Positions 28,557-41,045 of a stretch of 64,000 nucleotides of DNA are shown here, piece by piece (within the stretch, counting starts at the first letter, position 1; every line of letters begins with the position of its first letter). The stretch spans positions 1,280,001 to 1,344,000 of the forward strand of contig CAVQXP010000004.1 in NCBI GenBank assembly GCA_963717935.1. Direction: 5' to 3'. This DNA is from Candidatus Eiseniibacteriota bacterium (GTDB lineage: Bacteria; Eisenbacteria; RBG-16-71-46). The notes below the pieces were generated by a model. It saw only the letters and a list, made by a program, of their open reading frames with translations, was not told where the DNA came from and ran no database searches. Both the position numbers and the translations under genes were made by a program.

Positions 28557-29340
28557 TGGAACAGAGCGTGGATCGGACCGTGTCCGGTGTGGGCCGGGAA
28601 CTGACGGGCCAGGTCGCCTTCGTCACGGGCGGGGCGGCGGGGATCGGGCTGGCGATCGCGAGGAAGCTGGGGACGCGCGGTGCGCGCCTGACGCTCTTCG
28701 ACCGCGACTCGGCCGCCGTGGCGACGGCCGCCGAGGAGTTGCGCTCGCAAGGGGTCGAGGCGCGCGCGCAGGCGGTGGACGTGGCTGACGCTGCCTCGGT
28801 GGAGGCCTCGTTCCAGGAGGCGGTCGAGGCCTGCGGGCGCGTGGACATCCTGGTGAACAACGCCGGGATCACGCGCGACGGGCTGCTCATCCGGATGACG
28901 CGACGAGCAGTGGGACCAGGTGCTTGGCGGTGAACCTCAAGGGTGCCTTCAACGGGTGCCGCGCGGTCGCGCGGCCCATGATGAAGGCGCGCTGTGGCCG
29001 CATCGTGAACATCTCGTCCGTGGTGGGACTGATGGGCAACAGCGGACAGACCAACTACTCGGCTTCCAAGGCCGGGCTGCTGGGCCTGACCCGCTCGCTG
29101 GCCCGCGAGTTGGCGTCGCGGGGCATCACGGTGAACGCCGTCTGTCCGGGGTTCATCGAGACGCGCATGACCGCGAACCTGCCCGAGACGGCGCGCACGG
29201 AGTTGATGGCCCGCATCCCGCTCGGGCGGCTGGGCCAGCCGGAGGACGTGGCGGAGGTCGTGGCGTTCCTGGCCTCGCCCCGCGCCGGCTACGTGACCGG
29301 TCAGACCTGGACGGTGGATGGCGGGATGGTGATGGAGTAG
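28556..29340 (+). CDS. fabG: 3-oxoacyl-ACP reductase (one apparent frameshift near 28900)
   Basis: [47 protein letters not shown]. Confidence 0.92.
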
Positions 29341-29403
29341 CCGCCGGGCGCGGACGCGCCCGGGCGGCCAGGTGACGGACAACCCAATCAGGAGGTGTGG
29401 ACC

Positions 29404-29646
29404 GTGGCAGCATTTTCGGAAGACCGCGTGAAGGAGATCATCGCCAAGGAGCTGGAAGTCGGAGTGCAGCAGCTGACCCCCGAGGCGAAGTTCATCGAGG
29501 ACCTGGGCGCCGACTCGCTCGACATCGTCGAGCTGGTGATGGCGCTGGAGGAGGAGTTCGGACTCGAGATCCCGGACGAGGACGCCGAGAAGATGAAGAC
29601 CGTCGGCGACGCGATGAACTACCTGAAGTCCCACGCGACCACGTAA
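29404..29646 (+). CDS. acpP: Acyl carrier protein
   Basis: [20 protein letters not shown]. Confidence 0.96.
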   Translation: MAAFSEDRVKEIIAKELEVGVQQLTPEAKFIEDLGADSLDIVELVMALEEEFGLEIPDEDAEKMKTVGDAMNYLKSHATT

Positions 29647-29738
29647 CGGATGTTGGACAGCCGGGCGCTGGCAGGCGCGGCCACACCCCCCGGGGGGAGG
29701 CGCGGGCCGGTGTGCCGGGAACGGGAGAAGGACGCGAC

Positions 29739-30988
29739 ATGGCAGATCCTGAGTTCGCCGCGTGATGGTCACGGGCGTCGGCGTGGTGTCGCCGCTCGGC
29801 AAGGACATCGAGACGCTCTGGTCGAACCTCGTCGCGGGGGTTTCGGGCGCAGGCCCCATCACCCGCTTCGACGCATCGGCCATGGACAGCCGCATCGCCT
29901 GTGAGGTGAAGGACTTCTCGACCGAGGGCGTGCTGGACCGCAAGGACGCCAAGCGGATGGACCGCTTCGTGCAGTTCGCGGTCGTGGCCGCCCACGGGGC
30001 CATGCAGTGGGCGCGGCTGGACCCGGACGCGGTGGACCGCGACCGGGTCGGCGTCGTGATCGGCTCCGGCATCGGCGGGATGGAGACGTTCGAGTCCCAG
30101 CACCGGATCCTGCTCGAGAAGGGGCCCGGCCGGGTCAGTCCCGTACTTCATCCCGATGATGATCCGGACATGGCGGCCGGACAGGTCTCGATCCAGTTCG
30201 GCCTCCGCGGGCCGAACTTCGGCACGGTCTCGGCGTGCGCCTCGGGGGCGCACGCGATCGGCGAGGCCCTCCGGCTCCTGCGAGCCGGTGACGCGGACGT
30301 GATGATCTGTGGTGGCGCGGAGTCCACCATCACACCCATGGCGATCGCCGGCTTCTGCTCGGCGCGCGCCCTCTCCACTCGAAACGACGACCCACAGCGG
30401 GCCAGCCGTCCCTTCGATCGCGATCGGGACGGTTTCGTGATCGGCGAAGGCGCCGGCGTGCTCGTGCTCGAGACCGAGGAGCACGCCCGGCGCCGCGGAG
30501 CGCCGATCCTGTGCGAGCTCGCCGGCTACGGAGCCTCGGCGGACGCCTACCATCTGACCGCACCATCGGAGGATGGGAACGGCGCCGCGCGCGCCATGCG
30601 GCGCGCGCTCCAGGACGCGGGCCTCGCTCCCGAGGACGTGGACTACATCAATTCCCACGGGACCTCGACACTCGCCGGTGACCCGGTCGAGGTGCAGGCC
30701 GTGAAGTCCGTCTTCGGCGAGCATGCCCACCACCTGATGATGAACTCGACCAAGTCCATGACTGGCCACCTGCTGGGTGCGGCCGGGGGACTCGAGGCGG
30801 CGATCACCGCGTCTGGTGCTGGCGCGCGGGGTCGTCCCACCTACGATCAACCTGGAACATGCGGATCCTCGATGCGACCTCGATTTCGTTCCCAATCAGG
30901 CTCGGACGCAAGCGTCCGGGCAGCCGTCTCGAACTCGTTCGGGTTCGGGGGGCACAACGCGACCCTGGTGCTGAAGGTGGCGAAGTAG
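29739..30988 (+). CDS. fabF: 3-oxoacyl-ACP synthase II (apparent frameshifts)
   Basis: [55 protein letters not shown]. Confidence 0.93.
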
Positions 30989-31058
30989 GGCCCCGCTCGC
31001 GCCGCGGCCGCGGCCGTCGTCGTCGTCCCCGGCCGTCCCAGCCGCCGCTCCGCCGCTC

Positions 31059-32615
31059 GTGGTGGAGCTGGCTCAGCGGCCTGTTCGTCCGGCCCCGTAC
31101 GGCCGGCGGGCGCGCCATCCGTCGCGGCGCGGCAGCGAGTCGTTCGACCAGCAGGAGGCCCGCGCCATCGCGGAGTTCTCCCGCCACTTCCAGATCACCT
31201 TCCACGATCCGGAACTGCTCCGGCTGGCGCTCACGCACCGCTCGTACCTGAGCGTGACCGGCATGGGCCCGCGCGAGTCCAACGAGCGGCTGGAGTTCCT
31301 GGGCGACTCCGTGCTCGGCCTGGTGACCAGCGAGTACCTCTACCGGCAGCTCCCCGACGAGCACGAGGGCCAGCTCACGAAGACCAAGTCGCTCCTGGTC
31401 TCGAAGGCCATCCTGTTCGCGCAGGGCGCTGCTCGATGGGGCTTGGCCGCTTCGTCCTCATGAGCCACTCCGAGGTCGAATCGGGCGGCCGGCAGCGGCT
31501 CTCGATCCTGGCCGACGCCTTCGAGTCGGTGCTGGGCGCCATCTACCTCGACCAGGGCTTCGAGGAGGCGCGGCGAGTTCATCGAGTACTGGCTGCTGCG
31601 CGGCTCGCGCGAGATCGTGGCGGACAAGCGCCACCGCAACTACAAGAGCCAGCTGCAGGAGTACGTGCAGAGCACGTTCCGCACGCACCCCGTGTACCGC
31701 ATCCGCAGCCAGATGGGCCCGGACCACTCGAAGCTCTTCCTGGTGGAGGTGATGGTCGGGCGGCGGGCGTTGGGTGAGGGGCGTGGCACCGAACAAGAAG
31801 GAGGCCGAGCAGGCCGCGGCGCGCGACGCCCTGGAGCGGGTCGAGCGGCCCGGCGCAGCGCCGCGGCGAGGAGCGCGGAGCCGCGCGAGGCGCGAGCGGA
31901 CCGCGAGCCGCGGGAGGCGACGTGAGCCGCGGGAGGGACGCGAGCCGAGGGAGGGACGTGAATCCCGCGAGGAGCCCCGCGAGTCCGGCGAGCCGCGCGA
32001 GGTGCGGAGGAGCCGCGGCCGGATCGCGAGTCCCGGGGAGTCCGCGAGGCACGCCGGGAGCCGCGCGAGGCCCCCGTGGTTCCGGCGGCGCCGGAACGCG
32101 AGTCGGCCGGCTCGGATCGCGAGGGGTTCCGCAAGGCGGCGGGGTGGCCGCGGCCGCCGTGGGCGGGGCGACGATGAGGCCGACTGCGGCCGAGCCGGTG
32201 GTCCGCGCGCGTCGAGCCGGTGGTCGAGCGGATTGGGCGGCCTGCGGAAGTGGAGCCGCCTCTCAGCGTCTACGAGGAGGACGACATCGAGGAGATCGGC
32301 CGGCCGGAGGGGCCGCTCGACGAACGCCACATCGACCCCTTTGGCATTGGTGCCGCCGAGGAGCCGGTGCTGGCGGTGGAATCCCCGGATCTCGTGGACG
32401 AGCCCTGGATCGAGGTGGATCCCGCGCCATCCTGGGAGCCATCCGACGTCCGCCAGGAGGAGTCCGCGACCGATCGCTTCGAGGGCGAGCCCGGGGCCGA
32501 GCCGCAGGCCGAAGAGGGGGCCGAGGAGGACGCGCCAGGTCCGGGTGCGACGCCGTCGAAGCCTGGACCCGTGGCTGAGCCGCGCTACGGGCGCCGCCGC
32601 GCGCGCCGTCGCTGA
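31059..32615 (+). CDS. rnc: Ribonuclease III with long low-complexity C-terminal extension (frameshifts; both ends uncertain)
   Basis: ALTHRS, NERLEFLGDSVL, LADAFESVLGAIYLD, NYKSQLQEY, GPDHSKLF, KKEAEQAAA, followed by R/E-rich and acidic coding-like sequence to the stop at 32615. Confidence 0.85.
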
Positions 32616-32626
32616 CGGACGAACCG

Positions 32627-32670
32627 AAAACACGGACGGGCGGCGAGGACTCCTGCCGCCCGTCCGTGTT
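32627..32670. terminator. Intrinsic terminator, 16-bp stem, with the U4 tract on the minus strand
   Basis: AAAACACGGACGGGCGGC-GAGGACTCCT-GCCGCCCGTCCGTGTT. Confidence 0.8.
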
Positions 32671-32886
32671 GTTGGCGCCGGGACGGTCTCCCGTGCTGGA
32701 AGACCGTGGGGGCCAACTGCTCCCCGGGGACGTGGGGAGTGAGCGGGCCCTGGCGCTTCGGTATTATGAAAGCGAGGGGCTTGCGCCCCTCGCTTCAAGA
32801 CTGTCGTCACGCACATTCAAGACAGGCCCCTCGGATCTTCCGTGTCCGTCATGCGGTGACGACAGAAACTGAATCAGTCTGTCGTC
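32627..32886 (-). ncRNA. Candidate sigma54-dependent small RNA (~260 nt; possible ~120-nt short form)
   Basis: Lies between a -24/-12 promoter and a terminator. It has several hairpins, including an 11-bp stem with a GCAA tetraloop at 32770-32795, and no credible ORF. Confidence 0.6.
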
Positions 32887-32897
32887 TCAGTCGTATC

Positions 32898-32912
32898 GCA
32901 TACCGGATGCCA
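32898..32912 (-). promoter_or_regulatory. sigma54 (-24/-12) promoter
   Basis: Minus strand TGGCATCCGGTATGC (GG-N10-GC). Confidence 0.7.
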
Positions 32913-33033
32913 TCGCCCGAATCCGTTGGCGCTGGAATCATATCTTGCTCTCCAGCAACGGATTAGATGGCGTGATCCTGGGGCGCTTCGAGGATCCTGG
33001 CCGGAAGCGACTGCGGATGCGGTTGAGACGAAT

Positions 33034-33131
33034 GCGACATAGTGTCGCGTATTCGGCGATTGCGATTGTGAACTGCCCAGAGCCACTTCCTGAACCGGGA
33101 CAGATTGGCGTCGGTTCGTGACAGAATGTCG

Positions 33132-33132
<1 letters not shown>
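33034..33132. promoter_or_regulatory. Palindromic enhancer-like sites GCGACA-N3-TGTCGC
   Basis: Perfect site at 33034-33048, near-perfect GTGACA-GAA-TGTCGC at 33118-33132, and degenerate GGGACA-GAT-TGGCGT at 33097-33111 (21 bp from the second). Confidence 0.62.
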
Positions 33133-34556
<1,424 letters not shown>

Positions 34557-34651
34557 GGGCTCCCATGATGCGCGTGGGCCTCCCGCGGCGCAAACCGCGG
34601 GACCGGGGGGCAGGCTGGCCGCTGCCGCGCGGCGCGTGCTAGGCTCTCCGG

Positions 34652-36387
34652 GTGATGGCTTCCGTCGCGCGCGTCCTCAGCCTCATCCTCCTCGCGGCCG
34701 CGACGGCGGGGCAGCCCTCAGGGGCGGCCGAGGCCCCTGCCGTCCCCGGACCTGGCGCTGCCGTGCCCGGTGCGGGGGCCCCAGCCGTGGGCCCCGCACC
34801 GGGCGACCCCGCGGCGCTCAGCCGCTACCTCTCCGGGCGGCTCCTGGAAGAGCGCGGGATGGAAGTGGACGCGCTCGAAGAGTACCTGCAGGCCCTGCGC
34901 CTGGACCCCGGGCGGTCGGGATCGAACTCCGGGTGAGCGAGGTCGCCGCCCGGCTCGGTGAATCGCAGCGCTCTCTCGAGTACGCCGGGCGCGTGCTGGA
35001 GCACGACCCCGGCAACGCACGGCCCTCTGGCTCCAGGGCAGCGCGCTGTTCAGCCTGGGCCGGCCGTGGGAGTCCCTGGAGGCGCTCCGGGCGGCCGTGG
35101 CCGCCGATTCGCAGCAGGCGGACTACTGGAGGACGCTGGCCCGCGTGGCCGAGTCGCTCGATCAGGTCGAGCTGATGGCCACGGGCTGGCGCCATGCCGT
35201 CGAACTCGACGACGGCGACGGCGAGGCCTGGTTCCAGTTGGCCGCGGTCGAGGCCCGGCGGGGCCACTTCGAGGCCGCCGATTCGATGCTGGCGGAGGCC
35301 ATGGCCCTCAATCCGGTGCGCCCGGGCGCGCTGTTCCTCGCCGGCTGGATCCAGGATGGCCTCGGGCACCCCGCCGAAGCCATGGGGCTCTACCGCCAGC
35401 ATCTGGAGCGTCCACCCGGGGGACCAGGCCACGCGCCGGCGTCTGGTGAACCTGCTCGCGGACGCGGGGAGGCATGCCGAGGCCTACAGGGAGGCCGTCA
35501 TCGTGCGGCGGGCGCAGCCCGACGACCCGGACGCGATCGGCGTCGAGGCCGACCTGGCGCTGCGCGTCGGTCATGTGGCGCAGGCCGACGAACTGCTCGA
35601 TCAGCTGATCGGGAGCCGATCCGGCCGACCCCGCGCGCGTGGCGCAGGCGGCCGGCATCCTGGTGCAGCGGGGACGCGGGCGCGAGGCCGTGGCGCGGAC
35701 CGAGGACTGGGCCCGGAGCCGCACCGCGGACTATCGCGGCCCGCTGCTGGTGGCCCAGGTCCGCTCGGACGACGGGCGATACGGCCGGGGCCGTAGCGAG
35801 CCGCGCGGCGCGCCGTCGAGATGGTGCCCGGACTCGCTGACGCCCCGTTTCGTGCTGGGTGGGCTGCTGCAGGCGTATGGCCGATTCGCCGCGGCCGAAT
35901 CCGTGTGGGCGGATCTGGCGCACCGCGGCCGGGCTCCCGTCCGGGCGGGGCTGCAGCTGGCCTATTGCCGCGAGCCGCTGGGCGACGTGGACGGCGCGGT
36001 GAGAGCGGTCCGCGACGTGCTCGCCCGCGAGCCCGACAACAGCTCGGCGCTCAACACCCTGGGCTATCTCTTCGCCGATCACGGACCGCGATCTGGCCGA
36101 AGCCGAGGACCTGGTGCGGCAGGGCCCTGGCGCAGGAGCCGGACAACGGCGCCTACCTGGACTCGATGGGTTGGGTCTACTATCGGCTGGGCCGGCTGGC
36201 CGAGGCACGCCGGGACCTCGAGCGGGCGGTCGAGCTGACCAACGGGGATCCGGTGGTCAGGGAGCACCTGGGAGACGTCTACAAGGACCTGAACCTCATC
36301 GAGTTGGCGAGGGAGCAGTACGCGCGGAGCCTGCGCCAGGACCAGGGCAATGCCAGGGTCCGGGCCAAGCTGTCGGAGTTGCGCTGA
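34652..36387 (+). CDS. Exported tetratricopeptide repeat protein (several apparent frameshifts)
   Basis: Signal peptide and TPR-like helices; C-terminal ALNTLGY...AYLDSMGWVYYRLG...EHLGDVY. Confidence 0.82.
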
Positions 36388-36428
36388 CCGCATGGAACCC
36401 CATTTCCCGGGCGGGGTAGGAACGATGG

Positions 36429-37064
36429 GTGAGGAGCCTGTTGCCGACTGATCGCGACGCATCGGCGCCTCCGATCCTGAGCCTCTCGGACGAGGATCTC
36501 ATGGACCGGGTGGCGGTGGACGACCAGAAGGCGTTCCCCGAGCTCGTGCGCCGTTTTCAGGGCCGGGTCACCAATCTGGTGAGCCGGATCCTGAACGATC
36601 GGGAGTGCGCCGACGACCTGGCGCAGGAAGTCTTCGTGCGGGTGTTCGTGCACCGCCGAAACTACCGGCACGGGTCGAAGTTCTCGACCTGGCTCTTCAC
36701 GATCGCCGCCAACCTCGCGAAGAACGAGATCCGGCGGCGGGTCCGTAGACGCAACTGGTTCAGTCTGGATGCGCTGGAAGAGACGCTGAAGGACCGCGCG
36801 ATCCAACTCGCGGATTCGACGGAGAGCCAGGAGACGACGCTCGAGCGGGAGCAACTCCAGGCCGCCGTGGGGCGGGCGATCGCGACGGTGCCGGAGAAAT
36901 ACCGGCTGGCCCTGGTCCTGCGGGACATCGAGGGTCTGCCTTACGAGGAGATCGCACAGGTGCTGGGCATCCCGGGCGGGACGGTGCGCTCGCGCATCAA
37001 CCGCGCTCGGGGCATGCTCAAGCACAAGCTCCAACCGCTACTCGCGAAAGCAGGAGACTCATGA
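36429..37064 (+). CDS. ECF RNA polymerase sigma factor (RpoE-like)
   Basis: DDLAQEVFVRV, KFSTWLFTIAAN, LRDIEGLPYEEIAQVLGIPGGTVRSRINRAR. Confidence 0.93.
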   Translation: MRSLLPTDRDASAPPILSLSDEDLMDRVAVDDQKAFPELVRRFQGRVTNLVSRILNDRECADDLAQEVFVRVFVHRRNYRHGSKFSTWLFTIAANLAKNEIRRRVRRRNWFSLDALEETLKDRAIQLADSTESQETTLEREQLQAAVGRAIATVPEKYRLALVLRDIEGLPYEEIAQVLGIPGGTVRSRINRARGMLKHKLQPLLAKAGDS

Positions 37065-37648
37065 TCTGCGACCGGGCCCGGCGGCTCTTCGGGGCCTGCT
37101 GGGATGACGAGCTCACGCAGGCCGAGCGGGATGGGCTCGAGGGCCACCTCGCGTCGTGTCCGCGGTGCCGGGCGGAGTACGACGAGTTCTCTCGCGCCCT
37201 CGAGTTGGCGGCCTCGCTGCCCAGGATCGAGGCGTCCGCCGATCTCATGGACCGGGTGCTGGCACGCTCGCGCCGCGCCACGACCGCGCCGGACATCGTC
37301 CGTGAGGCCGGCGCGCGCTGGGTGCCCGTTGCCGCGGCGGTCGCGGGCGCCGTACTCGTGGTCGCACTCGTGCTCGTCGGGTCCCGCCTCCAGTGGAGAG
37401 CTCCCGCATCGAGCCTGCCTCCCCAGATGGTCGTGATCAATGAGCCACGGGAGCCCGTTCTCGTGCCGAAGCCCAGCGCGAAGCCGGGGGAGCGCCGTCC
37501 GGAGACTTCCCGGGGGAACCCCGAGAGCCTGTTCGACCCCGACAAGAACGTCGAGTTCATCCTCGACCCAGTCAAGCTGCATCGCGGCCGCGCCACGGTG
37601 AACAGGCGGCCTGACGCCGAGGGACAGCAAGCGACCATCACCTTCTAG
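37061..37648 (+). CDS. Zinc-finger (zf-HC2/ZAS) transmembrane anti-sigma factor
   Basis: HLASCPRC motif and one TM helix; overlaps the sigma factor stop. Confidence 0.88.
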   Translation: MICDRARRLFGACWDDELTQAERDGLEGHLASCPRCRAEYDEFSRALELAASLPRIEASADLMDRVLARSRRATTAPDIVREAGARWVPVAAAVAGAVLVVALVLVGSRLQWRAPASSLPPQMVVINEPREPVLVPKPSAKPGERRPETSRGNPESLFDPDKNVEFILDPVKLHRGRATVNRRPDAEGQQATITF

Positions 37649-37666
37649 AAGAAGGCATCTGCCGGG

Positions 37667-38800
37667 ATGACGACGCAGGGCCATCGCGCGGCGCGCCGGG
37701 CGGCCTGGCTGGCCGGCGTTTTCGTGTTGCTCCTCGCTCCGGCTGCCCGCCCCCAGGGCGCGCCATCCCCTCTGTCGGTGAACGTGGATGAGATCGCGAA
37801 CCGGGCCGGGCGCAGCGTGGTCACGGTCTTCGCCCAGCGCACGGAGACCCAGGCCAAGCCCAGCGCCAGGCGACCCGCGAGCAGCGTGCACACCCGGGTC
37901 GGTTCGGGCGTGGCGGTGGAGGAGAGCGTCATCCTCACCACCGCGAGCGTCGTGCTGGGCGCCGAGCGCATCTTCGTGCGCACCTCCAACGGCCTCCAGG
38001 TCGAGGCGCAGCCGGTGGGCCTGGATTTCGTCTTCAACGTGGCCCTGCTCCGCGTGCCGGACCTGCGGCTTCCGCACCTGCGACCCGCCCGGCGCCCGGC
38101 CCAACTCGGCGACCGGGTGATCGCGGTGGGGACCTCGTACCGGGCGCAGTCCACGCAGTCGGTCGGCACGGTCGAGTACGTCTACCGGGAGCCACGCACC
38201 TCGCTCCTGCAGCTCACCAACATCGTCTACCCCGGCAACAGCGGCGGAGCGGTGCTCGACACCCAGGGCGAGTTGGTGGGCATCGTGCAGGGGGAATTGG
38301 GCTCGCCCGACCCCGGCGCGGGCGGGAGCATCGACCGCCGTCCGAGCGGCATGAGCTTCATCATGCCCATCCAGCAGGTGTGGCCCGTCTACGAGAGCCT
38401 CAAACGCGACGGGCGTGTGCGCCACGGCTATCTGGGCGTGAGCACGCGGGCGGAGGTGGTGCGGAGCGAGATCGACAACGCGGACGTGGGACTCGGTGCC
38501 CGGGTCGAGAACGTGCAGGCCGGCGGCCCGGCGGCGCGCGTGGGACTCAAGCCCCAGGATCTCATCGTGGGCTTCGAGAGCGAGCGGGTCGAGTATCCGG
38601 AGCAACTGGCCCGCTGGGTGGCCGAGACGCCGCCGGGGACGGTCGTGGCGCTGGTCTGGGTCCATGGCGATGAGCGGCGCTCCGGCCGCGTGAGCCTGGT
38701 GGAAGCGCGTGACTCGCTGCCCGCGTGGGCGCTGGGCGGTCTGCGCTGGGCCCCGGTGCCGAGTCCGGCGCCTGCCACGGGCGGCGGCCCCCGGCGCTGA
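37667..38800 (+). CDS. HtrA/DegS-like S1C protease-fold protein with one PDZ domain; catalytic His and Asp replaced
   Basis: GSGV, ILTTASVV, LDFVFNVALL, PGNSGG, GYLGV, PAARVGLKPQD. Confidence 0.85.
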   Translation: MTTQGHRAARRAAWLAGVFVLLLAPAARPQGAPSPLSVNVDEIANRAGRSVVTVFAQRTETQAKPSARRPASSVHTRVGSGVAVEESVILTTASVVLGAERIFVRTSNGLQVEAQPVGLDFVFNVALLRVPDLRLPHLRPARRPAQLGDRVIAVGTSYRAQSTQSVGTVEYVYREPRTSLLQLTNIVYPGNSGGAVLDTQGELVGIVQGELGSPDPGAGGSIDRRPSGMSFIMPIQQVWPVYESLKRDGRVRHGYLGVSTRAEVVRSEIDNADVGLGARVENVQAGGPAARVGLKPQDLIVGFESERVEYPEQLARWVAETPPGTVVALVWVHGDERRSGRVSLVEARDSLPAWALGGLRWAPVPSPAPATGGGPRR

Positions 38801-38884
38801 GGCTCGGCGGCGGCCGCGGCGGCTGCGCTGCAGCACGCCAGGGCCGCCTTCGTGCCCGCCGCGCGGACCCCTATACTGCCTCGC

Positions 38885-39988
38885 ATGGCCGATCTGCTGC
38901 TGCGTTATCCCGCCACCCGCGTCCGCTCCCGGGTGCGCATCGCGCGCGGTGGCCTCGACGGACTTGGTGCCTTCGTGCGGGCGGCCACCGGCGCCCGGCA
39001 CGTCGTGACGGTGAGCGATGCTCGAGTGGCTCGGCTCTACGGCGCGCGGGCCCTGCGCTCGCTGCGGGCCGCGGGGTGCGCCGCCGACCTGTTGCGCGTG
39101 CCCCCGGGCGAGTCCTCGAAGAGTCCCCGGCGCCTCGCCTGGCTGTGGGAACGCTGCGCGGCGCTGGGTCTCGACCGGGGCGGCGCGGTGGTCGCCCTTG
39201 GAGGTGGTGTCACAGGCGACCTCGCTGGCTTCCTCGCTGCCACGTACCTGAGGGGCGTGCCGTGGGTGGACGTGCCGACTTCTCTCCTGGCGCAGGTGGA
39301 CAGCGGTGTGGGGGGCAAGACCGCGGTGAATCTGGCGGCCGGGAAGAACCTGGCGGGAGCCTTCCACCAGCCGGCCGGTGTGCTCGTGGACCCGGACGTT
39401 CTGGGGACGCTGCCCGTCCGTCATCGCCGGGCGGGGCTCGCCGAGGTCGTGAAGCTGGGGCTTGCAGCGGACGCGCGGCTCTTCGCCTGGCTCGAGCGAC
39501 ACGCCGACGCGCTCGCGGCCGGCGAGTCGCAGGCCCTTGCCGGGGCCGTGGCCCGCTCGATCCGGGTCAAGGCCCGCGTGGTGCTCGCCGACGAGCGGGA
39601 GCGCGAGAGGGGACCGCGCGCCGCGCTCAATCTGGGACACACGACCGGGCACGCGCTCGAGGTCGTGACGGGCTATCGTGTTCTGTTGCATGGAGAAGCG
39701 GTAGCGCTGGGGTTGCGGGTGGCCACGGCGCTCTCGGTGCGTGAGGCGGATCTGCCGCTGGAGGACCGGATTCGCCTGGAGGTGTTGCTCGATCTCTTCG
39801 GCCTGCCCTGGAAGCTGCCTCCGGTCCCCGTGGCGCGCCTGCTCGAGGCCATGCGGTGCGACAAGAAGCGCTCAGCGCGAGCGATCCGGTGGGTATTGAC
39901 GCCCCGGATAGGCCATGCTAGCGTCCCGCGCCTGATTTCCGGGCGGCTGGTGCGTGCCGCCCTGCTGGAGGCCGGAGCCGTGGGATGA
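38885..39988 (+). CDS. aroB: 3-dehydroquinate synthase
   Basis: GGGVTGDLAGF, PTSLLAQVDSGVGGKT, KNLAGAFHQP, LNLGHT.GHALE, HGEAV. Confidence 0.95.
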   Translation: MADLLLRYPATRVRSRVRIARGGLDGLGAFVRAATGARHVVTVSDARVARLYGARALRSLRAAGCAADLLRVPPGESSKSPRRLAWLWERCAALGLDRGGAVVALGGGVTGDLAGFLAATYLRGVPWVDVPTSLLAQVDSGVGGKTAVNLAAGKNLAGAFHQPAGVLVDPDVLGTLPVRHRRAGLAEVVKLGLAADARLFAWLERHADALAAGESQALAGAVARSIRVKARVVLADERERERGPRAALNLGHTTGHALEVVTGYRVLLHGEAVALGLRVATALSVREADLPLEDRIRLEVLLDLFGLPWKLPPVPVARLLEAMRCDKKRSARAIRWVLTPRIGHASVPRLISGRLVRAALLEAGAVG

Positions 39989-40429
39989 GCGCCAAGGTGA
40001 AGCGAATCCTCGTCCTGCACGGACCGAACCTCAACACGCTGGGGACCCGGGAACCGGCCGTCTATGGCCGGTCGACCTTGGACGACATCCACGGCCTCCT
40101 CGAGGCCCTCGCCCTGCACCTGGGGTGCGAGGTCGAGTGCCGGCAGACCAACCACGAGGGTGTGCTGATCGACGCACTTCACTCGGCGAAGGGCAGCGCG
40201 GACGGGGTCGTCCTCAACCCGGGCGGGCTGACCCACACGAGCGTGGCCTTGAGGGACGCGGTGTTGGCCGCCGGGGTCCCCGTGGTCGAGGTGCACCTGA
40301 GCAATCCCCACGCACGCGAGACGTTTCGGCACATTTCACTGATCTCCGGGGCCGCCGTCGGGGTGGTCCAGGGATTCGGCCCGGCGGGCTACGAATTGGC
40401 ACTGCGCGGGCTGGTGGGAGTCCTCTCCC

Positions 40430-40443
<14 letters not shown>
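39985..40443 (+). CDS. aroQ: Type II 3-dehydroquinate dehydratase
   Basis: HGPNLNTLGTREPAVYG, NPGGLTHTSVALRDA, EVHLSNPHARE. Confidence 0.95.
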
Positions 40444-41014
<571 letters not shown>

Positions 41015-41045
41015 GCCCGGACCGGGCGCACGAAGGGTGCCGTTC

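Noticed and set aside
31458..32816. 452-aa minus-strand ORF as the product of the sigma54 promoter
   Set aside because: Mostly antisense shadow of rnc, with no RBS or domain, and it would have to cross the strong terminator at 32627-32670.
36394..36420. Autoregulatory ECF promoter (GGAACC…GGTAG) upstream of the sigma factor
   Set aside because: The -35-like GGAAC is present but the -10 is ambiguous; not supportable without comparative data.
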